A program made the translations under genes and the position numbers. Under the pieces are notes generated by a model that was given only the letters and a program-made list of their open reading frames with translations, was not told where the DNA came from and made no database searches. A DNA stretch of 64,000 nucleotides from the human T2T-CHM13v2.0 reference genome, Homo sapiens: assembly GCF_009914755.1 (NCBI RefSeq), contig NC_060925.1, one strand, 5' to 3'. Below, in pieces: positions 43,801 through 58,100 of this stretch. The number at the start of each line of letters is the position of its first letter. The stretch's first letter is position 1.

Positions 43801-46800
43801 AATAATCATTGAACGGAATCGAATGGAATCATCATCGGATGGAAACGAATGGAATCATCATCGAATGGAAATGAAAGGAGTCATCATCTAATGGAATTGC
43901 ATGGAATCATCATAAAATGGAATCGAATGGAATCAACATCAAATGGAATCAAATGGAATCATTGAACGGAATTGAATGGAATCGTCATCGAATGAATTGA
44001 CTGCAATCATCGAATGGTCTCGGAATCATCTTCAAATGGAATGGAATGGAATCATCGCATAGAATCGAATGGAATTATCATCGAATGGAATCGAATGGAA
44101 TCAACATCAAACGGAAAAAAACGGAATTATCGAATGGAATCGAAGAGAATCATCGAATGGACCCGAATGGAATCATCTAATGGAATGGAATGGAATAATC
44201 CATGGACTCGAATGCAATCATCATCGAATGGAATCGAATGGAATCTTCGAATGAACTCGAATGGAATCATCATTGAATGGAATCGAATGGAATCATCGAG
44301 TGGAATCGAATGGAATTATGATCAAATGGAATCGAATGTAATCATCATCAAATGGAATCAAAAATAACCATCATCAATTGGTATTGAATGGAATTGTCAT
44401 CAAATGGAATTCAAAGGAATCATCATCAAATGGAACCGAATGGAATCCTCATTGAATGGAAATGAAAGGGGTCATCATCTAATGGAATCGCATGGAATCA
44501 TCATCAAATGGAATCGAATGGAATCATCATCAAATGGAATCTAATGGAATCATTGAACAGAATTGAATGGAATCGTCATCGAATGAATTGAATGCAATCA
44601 TCGAATGGTCTCGAATGGAATCATCTTCTAATGGAAAGGAATGGAATCATCGCATAGAATCGAATGGAATTATCATCGAATGGAATCGAATGGTATCAAC
44701 ACCAAACGGAAAAAAACGGAATTATCGAATGGAATCGAAGAGAATCTTCGAACGGACCCGAATGGAATCATCTAATGGAATGGAATGGAATAATCCATGG
44801 ACTCGAATGCAATCATCATCGAATGGAATCGAATGGAATCATCGAATGGACTCGAATGGAATAATCATTGAACGGAATCGAATGGAATCATCATCGGATG
44901 GAAACGAATGGAATCATCATCGAATGGAAATGAAAGGAGTCATCATCTAATGGAATTGCATGGAATCATCATAAAATGGAATCGAATGGAATCAACATCA
45001 AATGGAATCAAATGGAATCATTGAACGGAATTGAATGGAATCGTCATCGAATGAATTGACTGCAATCATCGAATGGTCTCGAATGGAATCATCTTCAAAT
45101 GGAATGGAATGGAATCATCGCATAGAATCGAATGGAATTATCATCGAATGGAATCGAATGGAATCAACATCAAACGGAAAAAAACGGAATTATCGAATGG
45201 AATCGAAGAGAATCATCGAATGGACCCGAATGGAATCATCTAATGGAATGGAATGGAATAATCCATGGACTCGAATGCAATCATCATCGAATGGAATCGA
45301 ATGGAATCATCGAATGGACTCGAATGGAATAATCATTGAACGGAAACGAATGGAATCATCATCGGATGGAAATGAATGGAATCATCATCGAATGGAATCG
45401 AATAGAATTATGGAATGAAATCCAGTGTGATCATCATCGAATGGACCCGAATGGAATCATCATCCAACGGAAGCTAATGGAATCAACATCGAATGAATCG
45501 AATGGAAACACCATCGAATTGAAACGAATGGAATTATCATGAAATTGAAATGGATGGACTCATCATCGAATGGATTCGAATGGAATCATCGAATAAAATT
45601 GATTGAAATCATCATCGAATGGAATCGAATGGTATCATTGAATGGAATCGAATGGAATCATCATCAGATGGAAATGAATGGAATCGTCATAGAATGGAAT
45701 CGAATGGATTCATTGAATGGAATCAGATGGAATCATCGAATGGACTGGAATGGAATCATTGAATGGACTCGAAAGGGATCATGATTGAATGGAATTGAAT
45801 GGAATCATCGAATGGTCTCGATTGGAATCATTATCAAATGGAATCGAATGGAATCACCGAATAGAATCGAATGGAACAATCATCGAATGGACTCAAATGG
45901 AATTATCCTCAAATGGAATCGAATGGAATTATCGAATGCAATCGAATGGAATTATCGAATGCAATCGAATAGAATCATCGAATGGACTCGAATGGAATCA
46001 TCGAATGGAATGGAATGGAACAGTCAATGAACACGAATGGAATCATCATTGAATGGAATCGAATGGAATCATCGAGTGGAATCGAATGGAATTATGATCA
46101 AATGGAATCGAATGTAATCATCATCAAATGGAATCAAAAATAACCATCATCAATTGGTATTGAATGGAATTGTCATCAAATGGAATTCAAAGGAATCATC
46201 ATCAAATGGAACCGAATGGAATCCTCATTGAATGGAAATGAAAGGGGTCATCATCTAATGGAATCGCATGGAATCATCATCAAATGGAATCGAATGGAAT
46301 CATCATCAAATGGAATCTAATGGAATCATTGAACAGAATTGAATGGAATGGTCATCGAATGAATTGAATGCAATCATCGAATGGTCTCGAATGGAATCAT
46401 CTTCTAATGGAAAGGAATGGAATCATCGCATAGAATCGAATGGAATTATCATCGAATGGAATCGAATGGTATCAACACCAAACGGAAAAAAACGGAATTA
46501 TCGAATGGAATCGAAGAGAATCTTCGAACGGACCCGAATGGAATCATCTAATGGAATGGAATGGAATAATCCATGGACTCGAATGCAATCATCATCGAAT
46601 GGAATCGAATGGAATCATCGAATGGACTCGAATGGAATAATCATTGAACGGAATCGAATGGAATCATCATCGGATGGAAACGAATGGAATCATCATCGAA
46701 TGGAAATGAAAGGAGTCATCATCTAATGGAATTGCATGGAATCATCATAAAATGGAATCGAATGGAATCAACATCAAATGGAATCAAATGGAATCATTGA

Positions 46801-49177
46801 ACGGAATTGAATGGAATCGTCATCGAATGAATTGACTGCAATCATCGAATGGTCTCGGAATCATCTTCAAATGGAATGGAATGGAATCATCGCATAGAAT
46901 CGAATGGAATTATCATCGAATGGAATCGAATGGAATCAACATCAAACGGAAAAAAACGGAATTATCGAATGGAATCGAAGAGAATCATCGAATGGACCCG
47001 AATGGAATCATCTAATGGAATGGAATGGAATAATCCATGGACTCGAATGCAATCATCATCGAATGGAATCGAATGGAATCATCGAATGAACTCGAATGGA
47101 ATCATCATTGAATGGAATCGAATGGAATCATCGAGTGGAATCGAATGGAATTATGATCAAATGGAATCGAATGTAATCATCATCAAATGGAATCAAAAAT
47201 AACCATCATCAATTGGTATTGAATGGAATTGTCATCAAATGGAATTCAAAGGAATCATCATCAAATGGAACCGAATGGAATCCTCATTGAATGGAAATGA
47301 AAGGGGTCATCATCTAATGGAATCGCATGGAATCATCATCAAATGGAATCGAATGGAATCATCATCAAATGGAATCTAATGGAATCATTGAACAGAATTG
47401 AATGGAATCGTCATCGAATGAATTGAATGCAATCATCGAATGGTCTCGAATGGAATCATCTTCTAATGGAAAGGAATGGAATCATCGCATAGAATCGAAT
47501 GGAATTATCATCGAATGGAATCGAATGGTATCAACACCAAACGGAAAAAAACGGAATTATCGAATGGAATCGAAGAGAATCTTCGAACGGACCCGAATGG
47601 AATCATCTAATGGAATGGAATGGAATAATCCATGGACTCGAATGCAATCATCATCGAATGGAATCGAATGGAATCATCGAATGGACTCGAATGGAATAAT
47701 CATTGAACGGAATCGAATGGAATCATCATCGGATGGAAACGAATGGAATCATCATCGAATGGAAATGAAAGGAGTCATCATCTAATGGAATTGCATGGAA
47801 TCATCATAAAATGGAATCGAATGGAATCAACATCAAATGGAATCAAATGGAATCATTGAACGGAATTGAATGGAATCGTCATCGAATGAATTGACTGCAA
47901 TCATCGAATGGTCTCGAATGGAATCATCTTCAAATGGAATGGAATGGAATCATCGCATAGAATCGAATGGAATTATCATCGAATGGAATCGAATGGAATC
48001 AACATCAAACGGAAAAAAACGGAATTATCGAATGGAATCGAAGAGAATCATCGAATGGACCCGAATGGAATCATCTAATGGAATGGAATGGAATAATCCA
48101 TGGACTCGAATGCAATCATCATCGAATGGAATCGAATGGAATCATCGAATGGACTCGAATGGAATAATCATTGAACGGAAACGAATGGAATCATCATCGG
48201 ATGGAAATGAATGGAATCATCATCGAATGGAATCGAATAGAATTATGGAATGAAATCCAGTGTGATCATCATCGAATGGACCCGAATGGAATCATCATCC
48301 AACGGAAGCTAATGGAATCAACATCGAATGAATCGAATGGAAACACCATCGAATTGAAACGAATGGAATTATCATGAAATTGAAATGGATGGACTCATCA
48401 TCGAATGGATTCGAATGGAATCATCGAATAAAATTGATTGAAATCATCATCGAATGGAATCGAATGGTATCATTGAATGGAATCGAATGGAATCATCATC
48501 AGATGGAAATGAATGGAATCGTCATAGAATGGAATCGAATGGATTCATTGAATGGAATCAGATGGAATCATCGAATGGACTGGAATGGAATCATTGAATG
48601 GACTCGAAAGGGATCATGATTGAATGGAATTGAATGGAATCATCGAATGGTCTCGATTGGAATCATTATCAAATGGAATCGAATGGAATCACCGAATAGA
48701 ATCGAATGGAACAATCATCGAATGGACTCAAATGGAATTATCCTCAAATGGAATCGAATGGAATTATCGAATGCAATCGAATGGAATTATCGAATGCAAT
48801 CGAATAGAATCATCGAATGGACTCGAATGGAATCATCGAATGGAATGGAATGGAACAGTCAATGAACACGAATGGAATCATCATTGAATGGAATCGAATG
48901 GAATCATCGAGTGGAATCGAATGGAATTATGATCAAATGGAATCGAATGTAATCATCATCAAATGGAATCAAAAATAACCATCATCAATTGGTATTGAAT
49001 GGAATTGTCATCAAATGGAATTCAAAGGAATCATCATCAAATGGAACCGAATGGAATCCTCATTGAATGGAAATGAAAGGGGTCATCATCTAATGGAATC
49101 GCATGGAATCATCATCAAATGGAATCGAATGGAATCATCATCAAATGGAATCTAATGGAATCATTGAACAGAATTGA
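37834..49177 (+). repeat. 2835-bp super-repeat x4 (full 1776-bp unit + unit truncated by a 713-bp deletion)
   Basis: The novel junction gaatcatcgaatgaactcgaatggaatcatcattg occurs at about 38580, 41415, 44250 and 47085 (spacing 2835). Landmark spacings are 2839, 2835, 2835, 2835. Confidence 0.93.
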
Positions 49178-52100
49178 ATGGAATCGTCATCGAATGAATT
49201 GAATGCAATCATCGAATGGTCTCGAATGGAATCATCTTCTAATGGAAAGGAATGGAATCATCGCATAGAATCGAATGGAATTATCATCGAATGGAATCGA
49301 ATGGTATCAACACCAAACGGAAAAAAACGGAATTATCGAATGGAATCGAAGAGAATCTTCGAACGGACCCGAATGGAATCATCTAATGGAATGGAATGGA
49401 ACAATCCATGGACTCCAATGCAATCATCATCGAATGGAATCGAATGGAATCATCGAATGGACTCGAATGGAATAATCATTGAACGGAATCGAATGGAATC
49501 ATCATCGGATGGAAACGAATGGAATCATCATCGAATGGAAATGAAAGGAGTCATCATCTAATGGAATTGCATGGAATCATCATAAAATGGAATCGAATGG
49601 AATCAACATCAAATGGAATCAAATGGAATCATTGAACGGAATTGAATGGAATCGTCATCGAATGAATTGACTGCAATCATCGAATGGTCTCGGAATCATC
49701 TTCAAATGGAATGGAATGGAATCATCGCATAGAATCGAATGGAATTATCATCGAATGGAATCGAATGGAATCAACATCAAACGGAAAAAAACGGAATTAT
49801 CGAATGGAATCGAAGAGAATCATCGAATGGACCCGAATGGAATCATCTAATGGAATGGAATGGAATAATCCATGGACTCGAATGCAATCATCATCGAATG
49901 GAATCGAATGGAATCATCGAATGGACTCGAATGGAATAATCATTGAACGGAATCGAATGGAATCATCATCGGATGGAAATGAATGGAATCATCATCGAAT
50001 GGAATCGAATAGAATTATGGAATGAAATCCAGTGTGATCATCATCGAATGGACCCGAATGGAATCATCATCCAACGGAAGCTAATGGAATCAACATCGAA
50101 TGAATCGAATGGAAACACCATCGAATTGAAACGAATGGAATTATCATGAAATTGAAATGGATGGACTCATCATCGAATGGATTCGAATGGAATCATCGAA
50201 TAAAATTGATTGAAATCATCATCGAATGGAATCGAATGGTATCATTGAATGGAATCGAATGGAATCATCATCAGATGGAAATGAATGGAATCGTCATAGA
50301 ATGGAATCGAATGGATTCATTGAATGGAATCAGATGGAATCATCGAATGGACTGGAATGGAATCATTGAATGGACTCGAAAGGGATCATGATTGAATGGA
50401 ATTGAATGGAATCATCGAATGGTCTCGATTGGAATCATTATCAAATGGAATCGAATGGAATCACCGAATAGAATCGAATGGAACAATCATCGAATGGACT
50501 CAAATGGAATTATCCTCAAATGGAATCGAATGGAATTATCGAATGCAATCGAATGGAATTATCGAATGCAATCGAATAGAATCATCGAATGGACTCGAAT
50601 GGAATCATCGAATGGAATGGAATGGAACAGTCAATGAACGCGAATGGAATCATCATTGAATGGAATCGAATGGAATCATCGAGTGGAATCGAATGGAATT
50701 ATGATCAAATGGAATCGAATGTAATCATCATCAAATGGAATCAAAAATAACCATCATCAATTGGTATTGAATGGAATTGTCATCAAATGGAATTCAAAGG
50801 AATCATCATCAAATGGAACCGAATGGAATCCTCATTGAATGGAAATGAAAGGGGTCATCATCTAATGGAATCGCATGGAATCATCATCAAATGGAATCGA
50901 ATGGAATCATCATCAAATGGAATCTAATGGAATCATTGAACAGAATTGAATGGAATCGTCATCGAATGAATTGAATGCAATCATCGAATGGTCTCGAATG
51001 GAATCATCTTCTAATGGAAAGGAATGGAATCATCGCATAGAATCGAATGGAATTATCATCGAATGGAATCGAATGGTATCAACACCAAACGGAAAAACAC
51101 GGAATTATCGAATGGAATCGAAGAGAATCTTCGAACGGACCCGAATGGAATCATCTAATGGAATGGAATGGAATAATCCATGGACTCGAATGCAATCATC
51201 ATCGAATGGAATCGAATGGAATCATCGAATGGACTCGAATGGAATAATCATTGAACGGAATCGAATGGAATCATCATCAGATGGAAACGAATGGAATCAT
51301 CATCGAATGGAAATGAAAGGAGTCATCATCTAATGGAATTGCATGGAATCATCATAAAATGGAATCGAATGGAATCAACATCAAATGGAATCAAATGGAA
51401 TCATTGAACGGAATTGAATGGAATCGTCATCGAATGAATTGACTGCAATCATCGAATGGTCTCGGAATCATCTTCAAATGGAATGGAATGGAATCATCGC
51501 ATAGAATCGAATGGAATTATCATCGAATGGAATCGAATGGAATCAACATCAAACGGAATAAATCGGAATTATCGAATGGAATCGAAGAGAATCATCGAAT
51601 GGACCCGAATGGAATCATCTAATGGAATGGAATGGAATAATCCATGGACTCGAATGCAATCATCATCGAATGGAATCGAATGGAATCATCGAATGGACTC
51701 GAATGGAATAATCATTGAACGGAATCGAATGGAATCATCATCGGATGGAAACGAATGGAATCATCATCGAATGGAATCGAATAGAATTATGGAATGAAAT
51801 CCAGTGTGATCATCATCGAATGGACCCGAATGGAATCATCATCCAACGGAAGCTAATGGAATCAACATCGAATGAATCGAATGGAAACACCATCGAATTG
51901 AAACGAATGGAATTATCATGAAATTGAAATGGATGGACTCATCATCGAATGGATTCGAATGGAATCATCGAATAAAATTGATTGAAATCATCATCGAATG
52001 GAATCGAATGGTATCATTGAATGGAATCGAATGGAATCATCATCAGATGGAAATGAATGGAATCGTCATAGAATGGAATCGAATGGATTCATTGAATGGA

Positions 52101-55100
52101 ATCAGATGGAATCATCGAATGGACTGGAATGGAATCATTGAATGGACTCGAAAGGGATCATGATTGAATGGAATTGAATGGAATCATCGAATGGTCTCGA
52201 TTGGAATCATTATCAAATGGAATCGAATGGAATCACCGAATAGAATCGAATGGAACAATCATCGAATGGACTCAAATGGAATTATCCTCAAATGGAATCG
52301 AATGGAATTATCGAATGCAATCGAATGGAATTATCGAATGCAATCGAATAGAATCATCGAATGGACTCGAATGGAATCATCGAATAGAATGGAATGGAAC
52401 AGTCAATGAACTCGAATGGAATCATCATTGAATGGAATCGAATGGAATCATCGAGTGGAATCGAATGGAATTATGATCAAATGGAATCGAATGTAATCAT
52501 CATCAAATGGAATCAAAAATAACCATCATCAATTGGTATTGAATGGAATTGTCATCAAATGGAATTCAAAGGAATCATCATCAAATGGAACCGAATGGAA
52601 TCCTCATTGAATGGAAATGAAAGGGGTCATCATCTAATGGAATCGCATGGAATCATCATCAAATGGAATCGAATGGAATCATTGAACAGAATTGAATGGA
52701 ATCGTCATCGAATGAATTGAATGCAATCATCGAATGGTCTCGAATGGAATCATCTTCTAATGGAAAGGAATGGAATCATCGCATAGAATCGAATGGAATT
52801 ATCATCGAATGGAATCGAATGGTATCAACACCAAACGGAAAAAAACGGAATTATCGAATGGAATCGAAAAGAATCTTCGAATGGACCCGAATGGAATCAT
52901 CTAATGGAATGGAATGGAATAATCCATGGACTCGAATGCAATCATGATCGAATGGAATCGAATGGAATTATCGAATGGACCCGAATGGAATAATCATTGA
53001 ACGGAATCGAATGGAATCATCATCAGATGGAAACGAATGGAATCATCATCGAATGGAAATGAAAGGAGTCATCATCTAATGGAATTGCATGGAATCATCA
53101 TACAATGGAATCGAATGGAATCAACATCAAATGGAATCAAATGGAATCATTGAACGGAATTGAATGGAATCGTCATCGAATGAATTGACTGCAATCATCG
53201 AATGGTCTCGGAATCATCTTCAAATGGAATGGAATGGAATCATCGCATAGAATCGAATGGAATTATCATCGAATGGAATCGAATGGAATCAACATCCAAC
53301 GGAAAAAAACGGAATTATCGAATGGAATCGAAGAGAATCATCGAATGGACCCGAATGGAATCATCTAATGGAATGGAATGGAATAATCCATGGACTCGAA
53401 TGCAATCATCATCGAATGGAATCGAATGGAATCATCGAATGGACTCGAATGGAATAATCATTGAACGGAATCGAATGGAATCATCATCGGATGGAAATGA
53501 ATGGAATCATCATCGAATGGAATCGAATAGAATTATGGAATGAAATCCAGAGTGATCATCATCGAATGGACCCGAATGGAATCATCATCCAACGGAAGCT
53601 AATGGAATCAACATCGAATGAATCGAATGGAAACACCATCGAATTGAATCGAATGGAATTATCATGAAATTGAAATGGATGGACTCATCATCGAATGGAT
53701 TCGAATGGAATCATCGAATAAAATTGATTGAAATCATCATCGAATGGAATCGAATGGTATCATTGAATGGAATCGAATGGAATCATCATCAGATGGAAAT
53801 GAATGGAATCGTCATAGAATGGAATCGAATGGTTTCATTGAATGGAATCAGATGGAATCATCGAATGGACTGGAATGGAATCATTGAATGGACTCGAAAG
53901 GGATCATGATTGAATGGAATTGAATGGAATCATCGAATGGTCTCGATTGGAATCATTATCAAATGGAATCGAATGGAATCACCGAATAGAATCGAATGGA
54001 ACAATCATCGAATGGACTCAAATGGAATTATCCTCAAATGGAATCGAATGGAATTATCGAATGCAATCGAATGGAATTATCGAATGCAATCGAATAGAAT
54101 CATCGAATGGACTCGAATGGAATCATCGAATGGAATGGAATGGAACAGTCAATGAACGCGAATGGAATCATCATTGAATGGAATCGAATGGAATCATCGA
54201 GTGGAATCGAATGGAATTATGATCAAATGGAATCGAATGTAATCATCATCAAATGGAATCAAAAATAACCATCATCAATTGGTATTGAATGGAATTGTCA
54301 TCAAATGGAATTCAAAGGAATCATCATCAAATGGAACCGAATGGAATCCTCATTGAATGGAAATGAAAGGGGTCATCATCTAATGGAATCGCATGGAATC
54401 ATCATCAAATGGAATCGAATGGAATCATCATCAAATGGAATCTAATGGAATCATTGAACAGAATTGAATGGAATCGTCATCGAATGAATTGAATGCAATC
54501 ATCGAATGGTCTCGAATGGAATCATCTTCTAATGGAAAGGAATGGAATCATCGCATAGAATCGAATGGAATTATCATCGAATGGAATCGAATGGTATCAA
54601 CACCAAACGGAAAAAAACGGAATTATCGAATGGAATCGAAGAGAATCTTCGAACGGACCCGAATGGAATCATCTAATGGAATGGAATGGAATAATCCATG
54701 GACTCGAATGCAATCATCATCGAATGGAATCGAATGGAATCATCGAATGGACTCGAATGGAATAATCATTGAACGGAATCGAATGGAATCATCATCGGAT
54801 GGAAACGAATGGAATCATCATCGAATGGAAATGAAAGGAGTCATCATCTAATGGAATTGCATGGAATCATCATAAAATGGAATCGAATGGAATCAACATC
54901 AAATGGAATCAAATGGAATCATTGAACGGAATTGAATGGAATCGTCATCGAATGAATTGACTGCAATCATTGAATGGTCTCGAATGGAATCATATTCAAA
55001 TGGAATGGAATGGAATCATCCCATAGAATCGAATGGAATTATCATAGAATGGAATCGAATGGAATCAACATCAAACGGAAAAAAACGGAATTATCGAATG

Positions 55101-58100
55101 GAATCGAAGAGAATCATCGAATGGACCCGAATGGAATCATCTAATGGAATGGAATGGAATAATCCATGGACTCGAATGCAATCATCATCGAATGGAATCG
55201 AATGGAATCATCGAATGGACTCGAATGGAATAATCATTGAACGGAATCGAATGGAATCATCATCGGATGGAAATGAATGGAATCATCATCGAATGGAATC
55301 GAATAGAATTATGGAATGAAATCCAGTGTGATCATCATCGAATGGACCCGAATGGAATCATCATCCAACGGAAGCTAATGGAATCAACATCAAATGAATC
55401 GAATGGAAACACCATCGAATTGAAACGAATGGAATTATCATGAAATTGAAATGGATGGACTCATCATCGAATGGATTCGAATGGAATCATCGAATAAAAT
55501 TGATTGAAATCATCATCGAATGGAATCGAATGGTATCATTGAATGGAATCGAATGGAATCATCATCAGATGGAAATGAATGGAATCGTCATAGAATGGAA
55601 TCGAATGGATTCATTGAATGGAATCAGATGGAATCATCGAATGGACTGGAATGGAATCATTGAATGGACTCGAAAGGGATCATGATTGAATGGAATTGAA
55701 TGGAATCATCGAATGGTCTCGATTGGAATCATTATCAAATGGAATCGAATGGAATCACCGAATAGAATCGAATGGAACAATCATCGAATGGACTCAAATG
55801 GAATTATCCTCAAATGGAATCGAATGGAATTATCGAATGCAATCGAATGGAATTATCGAATGCAATCGAATAGAATCATCGAATGGACTCGAATGGAATC
55901 ATCGAATGGAATGGAATGGAACAGTCAATGAACTCGAATGGAATCATCATTGAATGGAATCGAATGGAATCATCGAGTGGAATCGAATGGAATTATGATC
56001 AAATGGAATCGAATGTAATCATCATCAAATGGAATCAAAAATAACCATCATCAATTGGTATTGAATGGAATTGTCATCAAATGGAATTCAAAGGAATCAT
56101 CATCAAATGGAACCGAATGGAATCCTCATTGAATGGAAATGAAAGGGGTCATCATCTAATGGAATCGCATGGAATCATCATCAAATGGAATCGAATGGAA
56201 TCATCATCAAATGGAATCTAATGGAATCATTGAACAGAATTGAATGGAATCGTCATCAAATGAATTGAATGCAATCATCGAATGGTCTCGAATGGAATCA
56301 TCTTCTAATGGAAAGGAATGGAATCATCGCATAGAATCGAATGGAATTATCATCGAATGGAATCGAATGGTATCAACACCAAACGGAAAAAAACGGAATT
56401 ATCGAATGGAATCGAAGAGAATCTTCGAACGGACCCGAATGGAATCATCTAATGGAATGGAATGGAATAATCCATGGACTCGAATGCAATCATCATCGAA
56501 TGGAATGGAATGGAATCATCGAATGGACTCGAATGGAATAATCATTGAACGGAATCGAATGGAATCATCATCGGATGGAAACGAATGGAATCATCATCGA
56601 ATGGAAATGAAAGGAGTCATCATCTAATGGAATTGCATGGAATCATCATAAAATGGAATCGAATGGAATCAACATCAAATGGAATCAAATGGAATCATTG
56701 AACGGAATTGAATGGAATCGTCATCGAATGAATTGACTGCAATCATCGAATGGTCTCGAATGGAATCATCTTCAAATGGAATGGAATGGAATCATCGCAT
56801 AGAATCGAATGGAATTATCATCAAATGGAATCGAATGGAATCAACATCAAACGGAAAAAAACAGAATTATCGTATGGAATCGAAGAGAATCATCGAATGG
56901 ACCCGAATGGAATCATCTAATGGAATGGAATGGAATAATCCATGGACTCGAATGCAATCATCATCGAATGGAATCGAATGGAATCATCGAATGGACTCGA
57001 ATGGAATAATCATTGAACGGAATCGAATGGAATCATCATCGGATGGAAATGAATGGAATCATCATCGAATGGAATCGAATAGAATTATGGAATGAAATCC
57101 AGTGTGATCATCATCGAATGGACCCGAATGGAATCATCATCCAACGGAAGCTAATGGAATCAACATCGAATGAATCGAATGGAAACACCATCGAATTGAA
57201 ACGAATGGAATTATCATGAAATTGAAATGGATGGACTCATCATCGAATGGATTCGAATGGAATCATCGAATAAAATTGATTGAAATCATCATCAAATGGA
57301 ATCGAATGGTATCATTGAATGGAATCGAATGGAATCATCATCAGATGGAAATGAATGGAATCGTCATAGAATGGAATCGAATGGATTCATTGAATGGAAT
57401 CAGATGGAATCATCGAATGGACTGGAATGGAATCATTGAATGGACTCGAAAGGGATCATTATTGAATGGAATTGAATGGAATCATCGAATGGTCTCGATT
57501 GGAATCATTACCAAATGGAATCGAATGGAATCACCGAATAGAATCGAATGGAACAATCATCGAATGGACTCAAATGGAATTATCCTCAAATGGAATCGAA
57601 TGGAATTATCGAATGCAATCGAATGGAATTATCGAATGCAATCGAATAGAATCATCGAAAGGACTCGAATGGAATCATCGAATGGAATGGAATGGAACAG
57701 TCAATGAACTCGAATGGAATCATCATTGAATGGAATCGAATGGAATCATCGAGTGGAATCGAATGGAATTATGATCAAATGGAATCGAATGTAATCATCA
57801 TCAAATGGAATCAAAAATAACCATCATCAATTGGTATTGAATGGAATTGTCATCAAATGGAATTCAAAGGAATCATCATCAAATGGAACCGAATGGAATC
57901 CTCATTGAATGGAAATGAAAGGGGTCATCATCTAATGGAATCGCATGGAATCATCATCAAATGGAATCGAATGGAATCATCATCAAATGGAATCTAATGG
58001 AATCATTGAACAGAATTGAATGGAATCGTCATCGAATGAATTGAATGCAATCATCGAATGGTCTCGAATGGAATCATCTTCTAATGGAAAGGAATGGAAT

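Noticed and set aside
57216-57707. Longer 163-178 aa ORFs in some units
   Set aside because: Produced by a single tga>tta/tca substitution fusing two spurious ORFs; no recognisable domain.
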